A stretch of 64,000 nt of DNA, taken from the NCBI GenBank assembly GCA_947631545.1, contig CANRLS010000003.1, positions 3,146 to 67,145 on the forward strand, written 5' to 3'. This stretch comes from an uncultured Atopobiaceae bacterium. Its GTDB lineage: Bacteria > Actinomycetota > Coriobacteriia > Coriobacteriales > Atopobiaceae. A program made the translations under genes and the position numbers. Below, in pieces: positions 25,537 to 35,942 of this stretch. Every line of letters starts with the position of its first letter. Positions within the stretch are counted from its first letter, which is position 1. Below the pieces are notes generated by a model. The model made no database searches and was not told where the DNA came from. It saw only the letters and a list, made by a program, of their open reading frames with translations.

Positions 25537-27204
25537 CTAGAAGAGCCCCGTGATCCGCCCGTCGTCGGTGACGTCGATGCCCTCGGCAGCCGGCTTCTTG
25601 GGTAGCCCCGGCATCGTCATGATGGATCCGGTGAGCATGACCACGAAGCCCGCCCCGGCCGAGACCTTCGCTTCGCGCACGGTGATGTCGAAGCCCTTGG
25701 GCTCCCCCAGCTTGGAGGCGTCGTCGGTGAGCGAGTACTGGGTCTTGGCCACGCACACGGGCAGGTTCCCAAAGCCCAGGCGATGGAGGTCGGCAACCTG
25801 GCGCGCCGCCGCCGGCGCGAAGGTCACGCCGTCCGCCCCGTAGACGCGCGTCGCCACGGCCTCCACGGCCTCTTCGATCGAGGCGCCGGTGGGGTAGCTG
25901 AAGTCGAAGGAGTTGGGCTCCTCCACCAGGCGGAGCACCTCGCGGGCGAGCTCCTCGCCGCCCTCGCCGCCCTTGGCCCAGACCTCGGAGAGCGCCACGT
26001 TCGCGCCCTCGGCCTCGCAGCTCGCACGCACGAGCTCCAACTCGGCCTCGGTGTCGTTGGGGAAGCGGTTTATGGCCACCACGCAGGGCAGCCCGTAGAC
26101 CTCCCTCATCACGCGCACGTGGTGGAGGAGGTTCGGCATGCCGGCCGCGAGGGCCTCGAGGTTCTCGTGGCCGAGCTCGTCCTTGGCGACGCCGCCGTTG
26201 TACTTGAGGGCGCGCACGGTGGCCACCACCACGACGGCGTTGGGGACGAGCCCCGCCATGCGGCACTTGATGTCGAGGAACTTCTCGGCGCCCAGATCGG
26301 CGCCGAAGCCGGCCTCCGTCACCACCACGTCCGCGTAGTGGAGCGCCATCCGGGTCGCCATCACGGAGTTGCAGCCGTGGGCGATGTTGGCGAAGGGCCC
26401 GCCGTGCACGAAGGCCGGCGTGCCCTCGAGCGACTGCACGAGGTTGGGCTTCAGGGCGTCCTTCAGGAGCGCCGCCATGGCGCCTTCGGCATGGAGGTCG
26501 GCGGCCGTCACGGGCTCGCGGTCGTAGGTGTAGCCGACGACGATCCTCGCAAGGCGCTCCTTGAGGTCGCGGATGGAGCTCGCCAGGCAGAGCACGGCCA
26601 TGATCTCGGAGGCCACCGTGATGTCGAAGCCGTCTTCGCGAGGCGTCCCGTCGGCGATGGCGCCGAGGCCGTCCACCACGTGGCGGAGCTGGCGGTCGTT
26701 CATGTCGACGCAGCGCTTCCAGGTCACGCGGCGCGGATCGATGCGCAGAGGGTTGCCCTGCTGGATGGAGTTGTCGAGCATCGCGGCGAGGAGGTTGTTC
26801 GCCGCGCCCACGGCATGGAAGTCGCCGGTGAAGTGGAGGTTGATGTCCTCCATGGGCACCACCTGGGCGTAGCCGCCGCCGGCGGCGCCGCCCTTGATGC
26901 CGAAGACTGGGCCCAGCGAGGGCTCGCGAAGCGCCATGCAGGTCTTGGTGCCGAGGCGGTGGAGCGCGTCGGCGAGGCCGATCGTGGTCGTGGTCTTGCC
27001 CTCGCCCGCGGGGGTGGGGTTGATGGCCGTCACCAGCACGAGCTTGGCCGTATGATCCGTGGGCTCGGAGAGCGCCGAGTAGTCCACTTTGGCCTTGTCA
27101 TAGCCGTAGGGGATGAGGTCTTCGCGCGCGACGCCCAGCTCCTGGGCTACCTCTGCGATGGGGGCGGTCCTCGCCGCCTGGGCGATCTCGATGTCAGAGA
27201 GCAT
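25537..27204 (-). CDS. fhs: formate--tetrahydrofolate ligase
   Basis: From ATG 27202-27204 the protein starts [11 protein letters not shown]. Contains [32 protein letters not shown] and [10 protein letters not shown]. About 555 aa. Confidence 0.93.
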   Translation of the reverse strand: MLSDIEIAQAARTAPIAEVAQELGVAREDLIPYGYDKAKVDYSALSEPTDHTAKLVLVTAINPTPAGEGKTTTTIGLADALHRLGTKTCMALREPSLGPVFGIKGGAAGGGYAQVVPMEDINLHFTGDFHAVGAANNLLAAMLDNSIQQGNPLRIDPRRVTWKRCVDMNDRQLRHVVDGLGAIADGTPREDGFDITVASEIMAVLCLASSIRDLKERLARIVVGYTYDREPVTAADLHAEGAMAALLKDALKPNLVQSLEGTPAFVHGGPFANIAHGCNSVMATRMALHYADVVVTEAGFGADLGAEKFLDIKCRMAGLVPNAVVVVATVRALKYNGGVAKDELGHENLEALAAGMPNLLHHVRVMREVYGLPCVVAINRFPNDTEAELELVRASCEAEGANVALSEVWAKGGEGGEELAREVLRLVEEPNSFDFSYPTGASIEEAVEAVATRVYGADGVTFAPAAARQVADLHRLGFGNLPVCVAKTQYSLTDDASKLGEPKGFDITVREAKVSAGAGFVVMLTGSIMTMPGLPKKPAAEGIDVTDDGRITGLF

Positions 27205-27254
27205 GGCAGACCTTCCTTCGGCCCTCTCGGCCGAGCCGAGCCCGGTATCGGTTC

Positions 27255-27656
27255 CTATCCGTCGATCCCCTCGTCTGCGAGGCGATCGGCCACATCGTCG
27301 GGCAACGCCTCCGCGTCGATGCCCATCGCATCGGCCACGGCACGCGCCTGGTCGCGCCTGAGGTTCGCGGTGAACCCGTCGCCCACGGCGTCCAGCGCCT
27401 CCGCGACGCGGCCCAGCCCCCAGACCAGGTAGGGGGCCACGGCATCCGCTTGGGGCGAGAGGCTGACGAAGGTGGCGAGCGATTCGGGCGCGAGCGAGAG
27501 GAGCATCACCGGCTCGAGCTCGACGAGCTCGGCGATGGCCTCCTCCATCTCGGTGATCGCCTCGGTGTCGCCGACCGCGCGAATCCGCTCGAAGTCGCGG
27601 ACGAGCACCTCGACGAATCGGTTCACGAGCTCCAGGATGTAGTCGCGATGCAGCAT
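27255..27656 (-). CDS. hypothetical protein, 133 aa, acidic
   Basis: ATG 27654-27656, starting [19 protein letters not shown]. Coding-like codon usage. I recognise no motif. Confidence 0.5.
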   Translation of the reverse strand: MLHRDYILELVNRFVEVLVRDFERIRAVGDTEAITEMEEAIAELVELEPVMLLSLAPESLATFVSLSPQADAVAPYLVWGLGRVAEALDAVGDGFTANLRRDQARAVADAMGIDAEALPDDVADRLADEGIDG

Positions 27657-27692
27657 GGCCCCATGGTAGTGGAACGGGCCGTCGGCCGCCCC

Positions 27693-28763
27693 CTACATGC
27701 CCGGCAGCGTGAGGCCGAGGTGCTCGAAGGCGCGCGGCATCGCCTGGCGCCCGCGCTGGGTGCGCGCCATGAGCCCTTGCTGGATGAGATAGGGCTCGTA
27801 GACATCCTCGAGCGTGGAGGCGTCCTCTCCCACCGCGTCGGCGAGCGTCCCCAGCCCCACCGGCCGCCCGCCGAAGGTCTGGGCGAGCGCCGTCAGGATC
27901 GCGAGGTCCATGGAATCGAGCCCCAGCTCGTCGATGGCGAAGAACTCGAGCGCCTCGCCCGCCACCTCGGCGTCGAGACGGCCGCCGGCCTTCACCTCGG
28001 CGTAGTCGCGCACGCGCTTCAAGAGGCGGTTCGCCAGGCGGGGCGTCCCTCGGGAGCGGAGCGCGATCTCGCGCGTGGCCCCCTCGTCTATGGCGACGCC
28101 GAGGATGCCGGCGCTCCGTCGCACGATGTCCGCCAGCTCGGCGGGGTCGTAGTAGTCGAGCCGAAGCGCGATGCCGAAGCGATCGCGAAGGGGCCCCGTG
28201 AGAAGGCCCGTCCGGGTCGTCGCCCCCACGAGCGTGAAGCGCGCCACGTCGAGCCTGAGCGAGCGCGCCGCCGGTCCCTTGCCGATCATGATGTCGAGCG
28301 CGAAGTCCTCCATCGCCGGATAGAGGACCTCCTCCACCGAGTGGTTCAAGCGGTGGATCTCGTCGATGAAGAGCACATCGCCCGGTTCCAGGTTGGTGAG
28401 GAGCGCCGCGAGGTCGCCGGTGCGCGCGATGGCGGGACCCGAGGTCACGTGCATCGCCGTGCCCATCTCGTTGGCGATGACGCCGGCGAGGGTCGTCTTG
28501 CCGAGGCCCGGAGGCCCCGAGAGGAGCACGTGGTCCAGGGGCTCCCTCCGCCCCCGCGCCGCCTCGATGAGCACGCGGAGGTTCTCGTGCACGCGGGTCT
28601 GCCCCTGGTACTCGTCGAGCGTCTGGGGTCGGAGCGTGCGGTCTATCTCGAGATCGTCCGCCGCGAGCCGTCCGTCGAGCGGATGGCCCTCGGACGAGCG
28701 CCTCGCGCTCGGACCCGCATCGGCGAAGAGGTCCTCGTCGGGATCGGCGACCCACCGGCTCAT
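27693..28763 (-). CDS. ruvB: Holliday junction branch-migration ATPase RuvB
   Basis: Contains [12 protein letters not shown], Walker [12 protein letters not shown] and IDEIHRL. 4-nt overlap with ruvA. Confidence 0.93.
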   Translation of the reverse strand: MSRWVADPDEDLFADAGPSARRSSEGHPLDGRLAADDLEIDRTLRPQTLDEYQGQTRVHENLRVLIEAARGRREPLDHVLLSGPPGLGKTTLAGVIANEMGTAMHVTSGPAIARTGDLAALLTNLEPGDVLFIDEIHRLNHSVEEVLYPAMEDFALDIMIGKGPAARSLRLDVARFTLVGATTRTGLLTGPLRDRFGIALRLDYYDPAELADIVRRSAGILGVAIDEGATREIALRSRGTPRLANRLLKRVRDYAEVKAGGRLDAEVAGEALEFFAIDELGLDSMDLAILTALAQTFGGRPVGLGTLADAVGEDASTLEDVYEPYLIQQGLMARTQRGRQAMPRAFEHLGLTLPGM

Positions 28764-29395
28764 GCGCCACCGCCGAGCCTTCGGAGCGCACCGCCCACGA
28801 GCGCCTCCAGCGTCGCATCGCCGGGCGCGCCCTCGAGGGCGAGGTCCACCTCGCGCTCGGTGAAGCCCATGGCCACGAGCGCCTCGCGCGCCTCGGCGAT
28901 GGCGGGCGCGTTCGCCACGGCCGCCGTGGACGCGCCCTCGCCGTCGCTCGAGGCGCTGGCCATGAGCGCGAGCCCTTTGAGCTCGTCATTCGTCTTCAGC
29001 GGACCCTCCAGCTCCAGCACGAGCCGGTTCGCGGTCTTCTTGCCCACGCCCTTGGCCGCGGAAAGTCGCTTGGCATCGCCCTCGGCCACGATCCGCACCA
29101 GATCCTCCGGGGAGAAGGCCGAGAGGATCGCGAGCGCCCCCTTGGGCCCCACGCCGGAAACGCCCACGAGGAGGTCGAAGAGCGAACGCTCCTCCGCCGT
29201 GGCGAAGCCGTAGAGCACGGGCACCTCGTCCCGCGCGCGCATGCGGCAGAGGAGCCGCACGCCCTCGGTGCCCACGGGCGGCAGCTTGAAGAGGGTCGTG
29301 GCAGAGATTCCCAGCTCAAAGCCCACGCCGGAGACCTCGATGACGCAGCTTCCGTCCCGCGTTGCCACGAGCTCGCCTGTGAGGCGCTCGATCAT
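28760..29395 (-). CDS. ruvA: Holliday junction DNA-binding protein RuvA
   Basis: From ATG 29393-29395 the protein starts MIERLTGEL. Contains ...LYGF....ER.LF..L..VSGVGPK.AL and GVGKKTA.R. Confidence 0.9.
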   Translation of the reverse strand: MIERLTGELVATRDGSCVIEVSGVGFELGISATTLFKLPPVGTEGVRLLCRMRARDEVPVLYGFATAEERSLFDLLVGVSGVGPKGALAILSAFSPEDLVRIVAEGDAKRLSAAKGVGKKTANRLVLELEGPLKTNDELKGLALMASASSDGEGASTAAVANAPAIAEAREALVAMGFTEREVDLALEGAPGDATLEALVGGALRRLGGGA

Positions 29396-30006
29396 ACGGC
29401 ACCTGCCCTCGGCCGAACGGCGCCATGGGCGCCGGCGCGAACGTTTCCATCCGCATCGTTCGGGATCAGAGCCCCGCCAGCGCCGCCTTGGCGCAGGGCG
29501 GTGCCCGCGAGCGCCCCCGCGCCCACGCGATCCAGCGTCCGCGAACGGTGCGCGTGGCAGATGGCGGCGGCGAGGGCGTCGGCCGCATGATCGGGCCTGG
29601 GATCGTGGTCCAGCGCCAGAAGGCGCCGGGTCATGAAGATCATCTGGCGCTTGTCCGCGCCGCCGATGCCCGTCACCGCCTCCTTGATCTCGCTCGGCGC
29701 GTACTCCCCCACCGGGCAGCCGGCGACGGAGCAGGCGGCGAGGGCCGCGCCCCTGGCCTGCGCGGTGGCGATGGCCGAGCGGGCGTTCTGGCCGAAGAAG
29801 ATCTTCTCGATGGCCACGGCATCGGGCGAGAAGTCTCCGATCACCTGCGTGAGCTGCCGGAATATGAAGCCGAGACGCGCGTCCGCGGCCTCGGTGGCAT
29901 CCGTCTCGATGCAGCCGTAGGCGCGGGTGCGGCAGACGTTGCCCCGCCGCTCCACGATGCCCCAACCGGTATGGGCCAAGCCGGGGTCGATGCCCAGGAC
30001 GATCAC
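29392..30006 (-). CDS. ruvC: crossover junction endodeoxyribonuclease RuvC
   Basis: Contains VIVLGIDPGLAHTGWGIV...AIEKIFF...ADA. The probable GTG start at 30004-30006 lies 5 nt after GAGGAGG. The maximal ORF reaches 30051. Confidence 0.85.
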   Translation of the reverse strand: MIVLGIDPGLAHTGWGIVERRGNVCRTRAYGCIETDATEAADARLGFIFRQLTQVIGDFSPDAVAIEKIFFGQNARSAIATAQARGAALAACSVAGCPVGEYAPSEIKEAVTGIGGADKRQMIFMTRRLLALDHDPRPDHAADALAAAICHAHRSRTLDRVGAGALAGTALRQGGAGGALIPNDADGNVRAGAHGAVRPRAGAV

Positions 30007-30090
30007 GCGCACCTCCTCGCCCCGCCGAGCGCTCCGAACATCCGTTCCCATACTAGCAGACCCCGCCGCGAGGCGATTCGCCCTCGCCTC

Positions 30091-30930
30091 CTATCGCGCC
30101 TCGGCCTCGGCGTTCGGCGCGTCGTAGTGCCCCACCTGCGGGAGCCTCGCCGTCTGGCTGTAGACGATGAGCGCCACGCCGAGCACGATGAGCGGCACCG
30201 AGAGCACCTGCCCCATCGTGATGGGCCCCCAGAGATAGCCCAGCTGGGCGTCGGGCACCCGCACGAACTCCACTAGGATGCGGAAGAGCGCGTAGAGCAG
30301 GCAGAAGAGCCCGGTGTAGAAGCCCCGGGGCAACGGCGGCCGGCGCCTCGCCAAGAGGTAGAGCACCAGGAAGAGGGCGACGCCCTCGAGCATCGCCTCG
30401 TAGAGCTGGCTCGGGTGGCGCGGCAGGGGGCCGCCCGTCTCGAAGACCACTCCCCAGGGAAGGTCGGTCACCTGGCCCCAGAGCTCGCCGTTCACGAAGT
30501 TCGCCAGCCGTCCGAAGAAGAGCCCGATCGGCGTCACGGTGAAGCCCAGGTCGCAGATGGTGAGAATCGAGATGCGCATCGAGCGGCATACCAGGGAGCC
30601 GCCGATGAAGGCCCCGAGGAGCCCGCCGTGGATGCTCATGCCGCCCTGGCTGAACATGAAGATCTGGAGCGGGTTCGCCAGGTAGTACGGCAGGTTGTAG
30701 AAGAGCACGTAGCCGAGCCGCCCGCCGAGGATCCCGCCGAAGGCGATGCCCACCACGATGGAGAGCAGCTCGTCCCACGAGATCCCGAGCTTCCAGCGCT
30801 TGATGAGCGTCCACATGACGAACGCTCCGAGCGTGAAGCCCGCGAGGTAGGCGAGCCCGTACCAACGCACCGTGAGCGGGCCTATGGAAAAGGCCACCGG
30901 ATCGAGCGCCTGGTAGATCTCGTTCAGCAT
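30091..30930 (-). CDS. lgt: prolipoprotein diacylglyceryl transferase
   Basis: 279 aa. Contains P.AF.IGP..VRWYGL.Y, HGG and GR..NF.N.ELWG. Confidence 0.9.
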   Translation of the reverse strand: MLNEIYQALDPVAFSIGPLTVRWYGLAYLAGFTLGAFVMWTLIKRWKLGISWDELLSIVVGIAFGGILGGRLGYVLFYNLPYYLANPLQIFMFSQGGMSIHGGLLGAFIGGSLVCRSMRISILTICDLGFTVTPIGLFFGRLANFVNGELWGQVTDLPWGVVFETGGPLPRHPSQLYEAMLEGVALFLVLYLLARRRPPLPRGFYTGLFCLLYALFRILVEFVRVPDAQLGYLWGPITMGQVLSVPLIVLGVALIVYSQTARLPQVGHYDAPNAEAEAR

Positions 30931-30954
30931 GGGAGCTCCCCCGAGGCCGGCCGG

Positions 30955-31512
30955 CTAGTCGCGGAGCGCCGACGAGGGCGTCGCGCCCCGTTGCCCCTGG
31001 TAGTGGCTGCCGAGCCCAGCCGATCCGTAGGGCCGCTCCACCGGGCTCGACATGCGCTCGAACGAGAGCTGCCCGATCCGCATGCCCGGCCAGAGCTTGA
31101 TGGGAAGCGTCGCCACATTGGAGAGCTCCAGCGTGAGCTGCCCGTCCCAGCCCGGATCCACGTAGCCGGCCGTGCTGTGGATCATGAGCCCGAGCCGCCC
31201 GAGCGTCGACTTGCCCTCGAGCTTGCCCAGCACGTCGTCGGGAAGCGCCACCCGCTCGAGCGTCGTTCCCAGGGCGAACTGCCCCGGGTGCAGCACGAAG
31301 GCCTCGCCCTCCGGGATGACGATCGTCTCGGTGAGGCCCTGCTGCTCGTTCCTCGGGTCGATGAACGTGTGGCTCGAGTTGCGGAAGATGCGGAAGTCGG
31401 AGCCCAGCCGCACATCCACCGACGCCGGCTGCACGTCCTTCACGTCGAGCGGGTCGACGACGATGCGGCCGGCCTCGAGCTCGGCCTTGATGTCGCGGTC
31501 GGAGAGGACCAT
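30955..31512 (-). CDS. dcd: dCTP deaminase
   Basis: 185 aa, starting MVLSDRDIK. Contains ...[10 protein letters not shown] and ...GKS(T)LGRLGL...AG..DPG..G..TLE. Confidence 0.9.
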   Translation of the reverse strand: MVLSDRDIKAELEAGRIVVDPLDVKDVQPASVDVRLGSDFRIFRNSSHTFIDPRNEQQGLTETIVIPEGEAFVLHPGQFALGTTLERVALPDDVLGKLEGKSTLGRLGLMIHSTAGYVDPGWDGQLTLELSNVATLPIKLWPGMRIGQLSFERMSSPVERPYGSAGLGSHYQGQRGATPSSALRD

Positions 31513-31530
31513 CGCGTCCGCTCCCGGCGC

Positions 31531-31761
31531 TCAGATGGCGCGCACGGAGGTGACGCCCGGCACGTGCTCCTTGAGCACGCGCTCGATCCCCATGGAGAGC
31601 GTCATCTGGCTCATGGGGCAGCCCGCGCAGGCGCCGGTGAGCTCGAGCGAGACGACGCCGTCGTCGTCCACGTCGACGAACTCCACGTCACCGCCGTCGG
31701 CCTCGAGGCTCGGGCGCACCGCGTCGAGCACCTGGTTGAGCAGAATCGTATCGACAGCCAT
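31531..31761 (-). CDS. NifU-like (Nfu C-terminal type) Fe-S cluster protein
   Basis: 76 aa from ATG 31759-31761. Contains V...RP.L..DGGDVE.V.V.....V...L.GACAGCPMS..T. Confidence 0.8.
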   Translation of the reverse strand: MAVDTILLNQVLDAVRPSLEADGGDVEFVDVDDDGVVSLELTGACAGCPMSQMTLSMGIERVLKEHVPGVTSVRAI

Positions 31762-31971
31762 GAAGGCTCCCTTCGTCGCAGGCAACGCGTGCCATGGTAT
31801 CAGGCCGTTGTGGATGTCCTGCGGTTGGCAGGCCCCACGGCGACGGGCGCAGCGGGTGGCGAGTCCCCACGGGGCGAGCGGCAAGGCGCGCGCTCGGCAC
31901 CGCTTTGCCGCCTTCCGACCCGCCGACGCGCTCGCCGGGGCAGGGGCCGCTCTGGCGCGAGCCGCCGTCGT

Positions 31972-34512
31972 CTAGGCCACGGGATCCAGATAGTGGGCGG
32001 TCGTCGTGCGCGAGCGGCGCGGCGCGGCCGAGGCGCCCTCGATCGCCGCTCGCACGCGCCGCACCTCGGCGGCCGTCTCGTCGGGCGCCATGAGCCGGGC
32101 ATCCACGAGAAGGCGCCGGATCCCGAGGCGCTGAAGCTCGTCGAGGAAGGGCGTCAGGTCGAGGGCATCGTCCCACCAGATGCGCGACCTGCGCCCGGGC
32201 GCGCTCGTCACGGGGAGCCTGCGCCCGTCGATGTTCTCGAGCGTGGGGTGGCCGGCGGCGACGGTGCAGCGAGCGCACTCGCGGGTGCAGCGTCCGGCCT
32301 GCTGGAGCACGCAGTGCTCCGTGGTCATGGCACGGAGGGCGCCCGCCACCGCGACGCCGCAGGGCACGCTCGCGCTGGCGACGACCCGGGCGAGCTCGGG
32401 CCCCGAGAGCTCGAAGGGGAGCCAGAGGCCGCGGGCCCCCTCCCCCTCGAGGAATCGCACCGTCCCCGTGTTGAAGACGGGCACGTCGAAGCCGACCTCG
32501 AAGGCCGCGCCGCGCTCCACGGCGAGCGCCAGCTCCGAGACGTTCGAGACCACGCAGCGCCCGCCCTCGGCCACGAGGGGGTCGATGCGAGCGTGGTCGA
32601 CCTCGCGGCAGACCTCGTCCAGCCATGGGATGGCGAAGCCGGAGCCCGCGGCGTCGAGCGCGGCGCCGTCGAAAGCCCCGCGCTCCTCTGCCGGAAGCTG
32701 CAGGTAGACGCCATCGGCACCAGCTTCGCGGGCGGCCTCGGCCGCTTCGACGGAAGCCGCGAGGCACATGACCTCCGCCCCTTGCGCCCCTTGCGCCCCT
32801 CGGAGAACGCTCCCTTCCCTCCCGGTGAGCGAGACCTTCCCCCACGGGTGGCGCCCTGCCTCGTAGCAGCCGAGGATCCTCTGCTCCAGGGCCTCCACGG
32901 CCCGGGCGCGCACGTGGTGGACGGTGGAGAAGGAGAGACCCGCGCCGTCGCCCACCTCGACGTCGATGACGTCGGCGCTGAAGGGGCTCGACCCCAGGCG
33001 GTTCACGTGTCGCTCCAGCTCGTCGGGAGCGAGCTCGCGCGTGCGCGCCGGCTCCACCACGGGGCCCATCGCCTCGGCGCGGATCCAGGCGCCGCATGCC
33101 GCGCGCTCCTCTGGGGTCAGCGCCTCGGTCTCCAGCCGCACGCGGAGGGGCACGCCCACGATCGCCGTGCCGCTCGCTCGCACCGGGCGCTTCCTCGGAT
33201 AGTCGGCGCTCGCCGCCGCCTTGGCGTCTGCCAGGGCGCGCCGCTCGCGGAGCACGCGCACCGGCACGCCCGCGCCCATGGGGCGCTTCAGCCTCACGCG
33301 GAGGTCGGCCCCGGCTTCGGCGTCCTCGGGGCTCTCGACCGTGAGGAACCGGTCGGGGTTCTCGACCGGGCGGAATTCCAGAAGATCGCCCTCGCCCACC
33401 GGCTCCGTCAGGCGGACGGTCGCCCAGCTGCCCTTGGCGGCCGCCACCTCGCCCACGAGCGAGCCCCGGTTGTTGGAGCGCTCGGGGCTCATCATTCGCA
33501 CGTCCGAGCGCCCGTGCAGGTAGCCGTCGGTGAAATCGCGGTTGAAGGCCCGCTTGAGCGCGTGCGCGGCCTCGTCGCGGAGCGGCTCGGCGAGCGTCAG
33601 GCATCCGCTCGCTGCGCCTGCCTCGCCGTCGCCCGCCATGTTCGCGCCGGCCGCGTGCTGACCGTGCGCTCCGCACGCCTCCATCATCACGAGCCCGTCG
33701 AGCGAGCGGCGCCAGGCCCTCGTGACCGAGAGCACGTAGTCGGGCGCCTTCATGCGTCCCTCGATCTTGAGCGCCGCCACGCCCGCCTCGCAAAGCGCCT
33801 CCAGGTCGGGGAGCGCGCAGAGGTCCTTCGGGCAGAGCGCCCGCGTGCCCGCCGGCGCGAGCGAGGCGCCCGCTCCGTCCAGGAGTTGGTGCGGCAGGCG
33901 ACAGGGTTGGGCGCAGAGCCCCCGATTGGCCGATCGGTTGCCCCGAAGCGAGCTCATCAGACAGAGCCCCGAGTAGCTCATGCAGAGCGCCCCATGGCAA
34001 AAGACCTCGCACTCCGCGCCCGCCTCGCGCCCGGCCTCGCAGCAGCGGCGAATCTCGTCGAGCGAGAGCTCCCTCGAGAGCGTCACGCGAGCGGCGCCGT
34101 GCCGCCCGCACCAGGCCACACCGCGAGCGTCCTGCACGTTCGCCTGGGTGGAGACATGGAGCTCCAGCTCCGGGCAGCGCTCGCGGATGGCGGCGAGGAG
34201 CCCCAGGTCCTGGATGATGAGCGCGTCGGCCCCGAGAGAGGCGGCCCGCCTGGCCAGCTCGAGCGCCCCCGCGAGCTCCGTCTCCTTCACGGCCACGTTC
34301 AGCGTGAGGTAGACCCGCGTGCCCGCGAGGTGCGCGAGCCGGCAGCACCGCGCAAGGCTCTCGTCGTCGAAGTTCTCGGCCCCGCGCCGGGCGTTCAGCT
34401 CGGCAAGGCCGCAGTAGATGGCGTCGGCCCCGCCGGCGAGCGCGCAGCGGAAGGCCGCCTCGGTGCCCGCCGGGGCCAGGAGCTCGGGGAGCCTAGGGGA
34501 ATCGCCGCTCAT
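31972..34512 (-). CDS. large U32-family protein (peptidase U32 annotation class, likely Fe-S enzyme)
   Basis: From ATG 34510-34512, about 846 aa. The N-terminal U32 core has ELLAPAG....A...GADA.Y.G, HVSTQ and CHGALCMSYSGLC...SANRG.C.QPCR. A second U32-like half follows. Confidence 0.85.
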   Translation of the reverse strand: MSGDSPRLPELLAPAGTEAAFRCALAGGADAIYCGLAELNARRGAENFDDESLARCCRLAHLAGTRVYLTLNVAVKETELAGALELARRAASLGADALIIQDLGLLAAIRERCPELELHVSTQANVQDARGVAWCGRHGAARVTLSRELSLDEIRRCCEAGREAGAECEVFCHGALCMSYSGLCLMSSLRGNRSANRGLCAQPCRLPHQLLDGAGASLAPAGTRALCPKDLCALPDLEALCEAGVAALKIEGRMKAPDYVLSVTRAWRRSLDGLVMMEACGAHGQHAAGANMAGDGEAGAASGCLTLAEPLRDEAAHALKRAFNRDFTDGYLHGRSDVRMMSPERSNNRGSLVGEVAAAKGSWATVRLTEPVGEGDLLEFRPVENPDRFLTVESPEDAEAGADLRVRLKRPMGAGVPVRVLRERRALADAKAAASADYPRKRPVRASGTAIVGVPLRVRLETEALTPEERAACGAWIRAEAMGPVVEPARTRELAPDELERHVNRLGSSPFSADVIDVEVGDGAGLSFSTVHHVRARAVEALEQRILGCYEAGRHPWGKVSLTGREGSVLRGAQGAQGAEVMCLAASVEAAEAAREAGADGVYLQLPAEERGAFDGAALDAAGSGFAIPWLDEVCREVDHARIDPLVAEGGRCVVSNVSELALAVERGAAFEVGFDVPVFNTGTVRFLEGEGARGLWLPFELSGPELARVVASASVPCGVAVAGALRAMTTEHCVLQQAGRCTRECARCTVAAGHPTLENIDGRRLPVTSAPGRRSRIWWDDALDLTPFLDELQRLGIRRLLVDARLMAPDETAAEVRRVRAAIEGASAAPRRSRTTTAHYLDPVA

Positions 34513-34608
34513 GGCAGGGAGGCTATCGGCTCGTCCGGACTCGCGCCGGCCCATGCGCCCGGACGCCGGGCACCGCCGGTCCGCACGGCCAGAGTCCCGC
34601 CCGAACCC

Positions 34609-35826
34609 TCACGCCGCCACGATCCGGGCGGCCTTGCGCTTGCCCACCCGCAGGATGTGGCCGGCAAGGCGCTCCGCCTCGACGTTGTAGGTCTTGGGTG
34701 CGAGCGCGTCGCCGTCGATCCTCACACCGCCGCCGTCGATCATGCGGCGCCCTTCGCCGGCGCTCTTCACGAGCCTCGCCGCCTGGAGCACGCGCGGGAC
34801 GTAGACGAGCCCGTCCTCGCCCGGGGCGAGATCCACCGTCGCCTCGTCCACGTCTTCGGAGAGCTGCCGGTCGCGATACACCCGCATGAAGGCCGCCTCG
34901 GCCGCCTCGCCCGCGCCCTCGCCGTGGTAGAGGTCGCAGATGTTCCTCGCGAGGGCCCGCTTGGACTCGTAGGGGTCCGCCTCGCCCGTGGCGAAGGCCG
35001 CGTCGATGGCGTCCATCTCGTCCACCGAGACGTTGGCCGCGAGGCGCCAGTAGGTGGGCACCAGCTCGTCGGGGATGCTCATGAGCTTGCCGTACATGTC
35101 ATTCGGCTCGTCGGTGAGCCCCACGTAGTTGCCGTAGCTCTTCGACATCTTCAGGTGGCCGTCGGTTCCCACCAAAAGGGGCATCGTGAGCGCCACCTGC
35201 GGCTCCATGCCGCGCTTCTCCATGAGCTCTCGCCCGGCCAGGAGGTTGAAGAGCTGGTCGTTCCCGCCCATCTCCACGTCGGCTCCGATGACCACGGAGT
35301 CGTAGGCCTGCATCACCGGATAGAGGAACTCGTGGAGCGCGATGGGCGTCTGGTTCCTGTAGCGGTTCGAGAAGTCGTCTCGCTCGAGGATGCGCGCCAC
35401 GGTGAAATTGCCGCAGAGCTCCAGGAGCGCCTTCAGGTCGAGCGGGATCAGCCAATCGCCGTTGTGGACGACCGTCGTCTTCTCGGGGTCGAGGATCTTC
35501 ATCGCCTGCTCCACGTAGGTGGCGGCGTTGGCCTCGATCTCGTCCGAGGTGAGCTGCGGACGGGTGGAGTTCTTGCCCGAGGGATCGCCGATGAGGGCGG
35601 TGCCGTTGCCGATGATGAGGGTCACCTTGTGACCGAGATCCTGGAACTGGCGCATCTTGCGGAGCGGCACCGCATGGCCGAGGTGCAGGTCGGGGCTCGT
35701 CGGATCCACGCCGAGCTTGATGTTCAGCGGCGTTCCGCGCTCGAGCTTCTCGCGAAGCGCCTTCTCGGGGGTCACCTGGCTCGCACCCGAGGCGATCACG
35801 CGCATCTGTTCGTCGACTGGCAGCAT
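34609..35826 (-). CDS. tyrS: tyrosine--tRNA ligase
   Basis: From ATG 35824-35826. Contains the HIGH motif (DLHLGHAV), KMSKS and a C-terminal S4-like domain. About 405 aa. Confidence 0.92.
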   Translation of the reverse strand: MLPVDEQMRVIASGASQVTPEKALREKLERGTPLNIKLGVDPTSPDLHLGHAVPLRKMRQFQDLGHKVTLIIGNGTALIGDPSGKNSTRPQLTSDEIEANAATYVEQAMKILDPEKTTVVHNGDWLIPLDLKALLELCGNFTVARILERDDFSNRYRNQTPIALHEFLYPVMQAYDSVVIGADVEMGGNDQLFNLLAGRELMEKRGMEPQVALTMPLLVGTDGHLKMSKSYGNYVGLTDEPNDMYGKLMSIPDELVPTYWRLAANVSVDEMDAIDAAFATGEADPYESKRALARNICDLYHGEGAGEAAEAAFMRVYRDRQLSEDVDEATVDLAPGEDGLVYVPRVLQAARLVKSAGEGRRMIDGGGVRIDGDALAPKTYNVEAERLAGHILRVGKRKAARIVAA

Positions 35827-35942
35827 GGGCTTCCTCTCTGACCGCACTCTCATGCATGGTGAACGCCAAGAGCATAGGCCATCGGCCGAACGACGATTCC
35901 GAGCCCCGCCGCCCTTCGCCAAGTCCCCGCCTCGGCTACCCC

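Noticed and set aside
27205-27254. A possible ZTP (pfl) or THF riboswitch upstream of fhs.
   Set aside because: Only 50 nt separate fhs from the preceding coding-looking gene. There is no GGGUCGUGACUGGCG / CCGCCUGGGC pair.
25537-28989. A single 1150-aa minus-strand ORF that appears to fuse fhs with upstream sequence.
   Set aside because: Only the last 555 aa (from ATG 27204) match formate-THF ligase. The upstream part overlaps ruvB and the 133-aa gene in other frames and is an Arg/Pro/Gly-rich shadow frame.
30415-35841. A 1808-aa plus-strand ORF spanning five genes, plus similar giants at 40522..43656 (+), 18456..21233 (+), 56137..58722 (+), 13162..15627 (+), 51967..54420 (-), 58528..60876 (-) and 31688..34348 (-).
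   Set aside because: They run antisense to, or out of frame with, genes that have unmistakable family signatures, and they cross intergenic spacers. Their products are Arg/Gly/His/Asp/Ala-rich with no recognisable motifs. Stop codons are rare in non-coding frames of DNA this GC-rich, so these are shadow ORFs.
35827-35942. A possible T-box leader upstream of tyrS.
   Set aside because: The spacer is only 116 nt. It has no AGGGUGGUACCGCG-type T-box sequence and no specifier-loop architecture.
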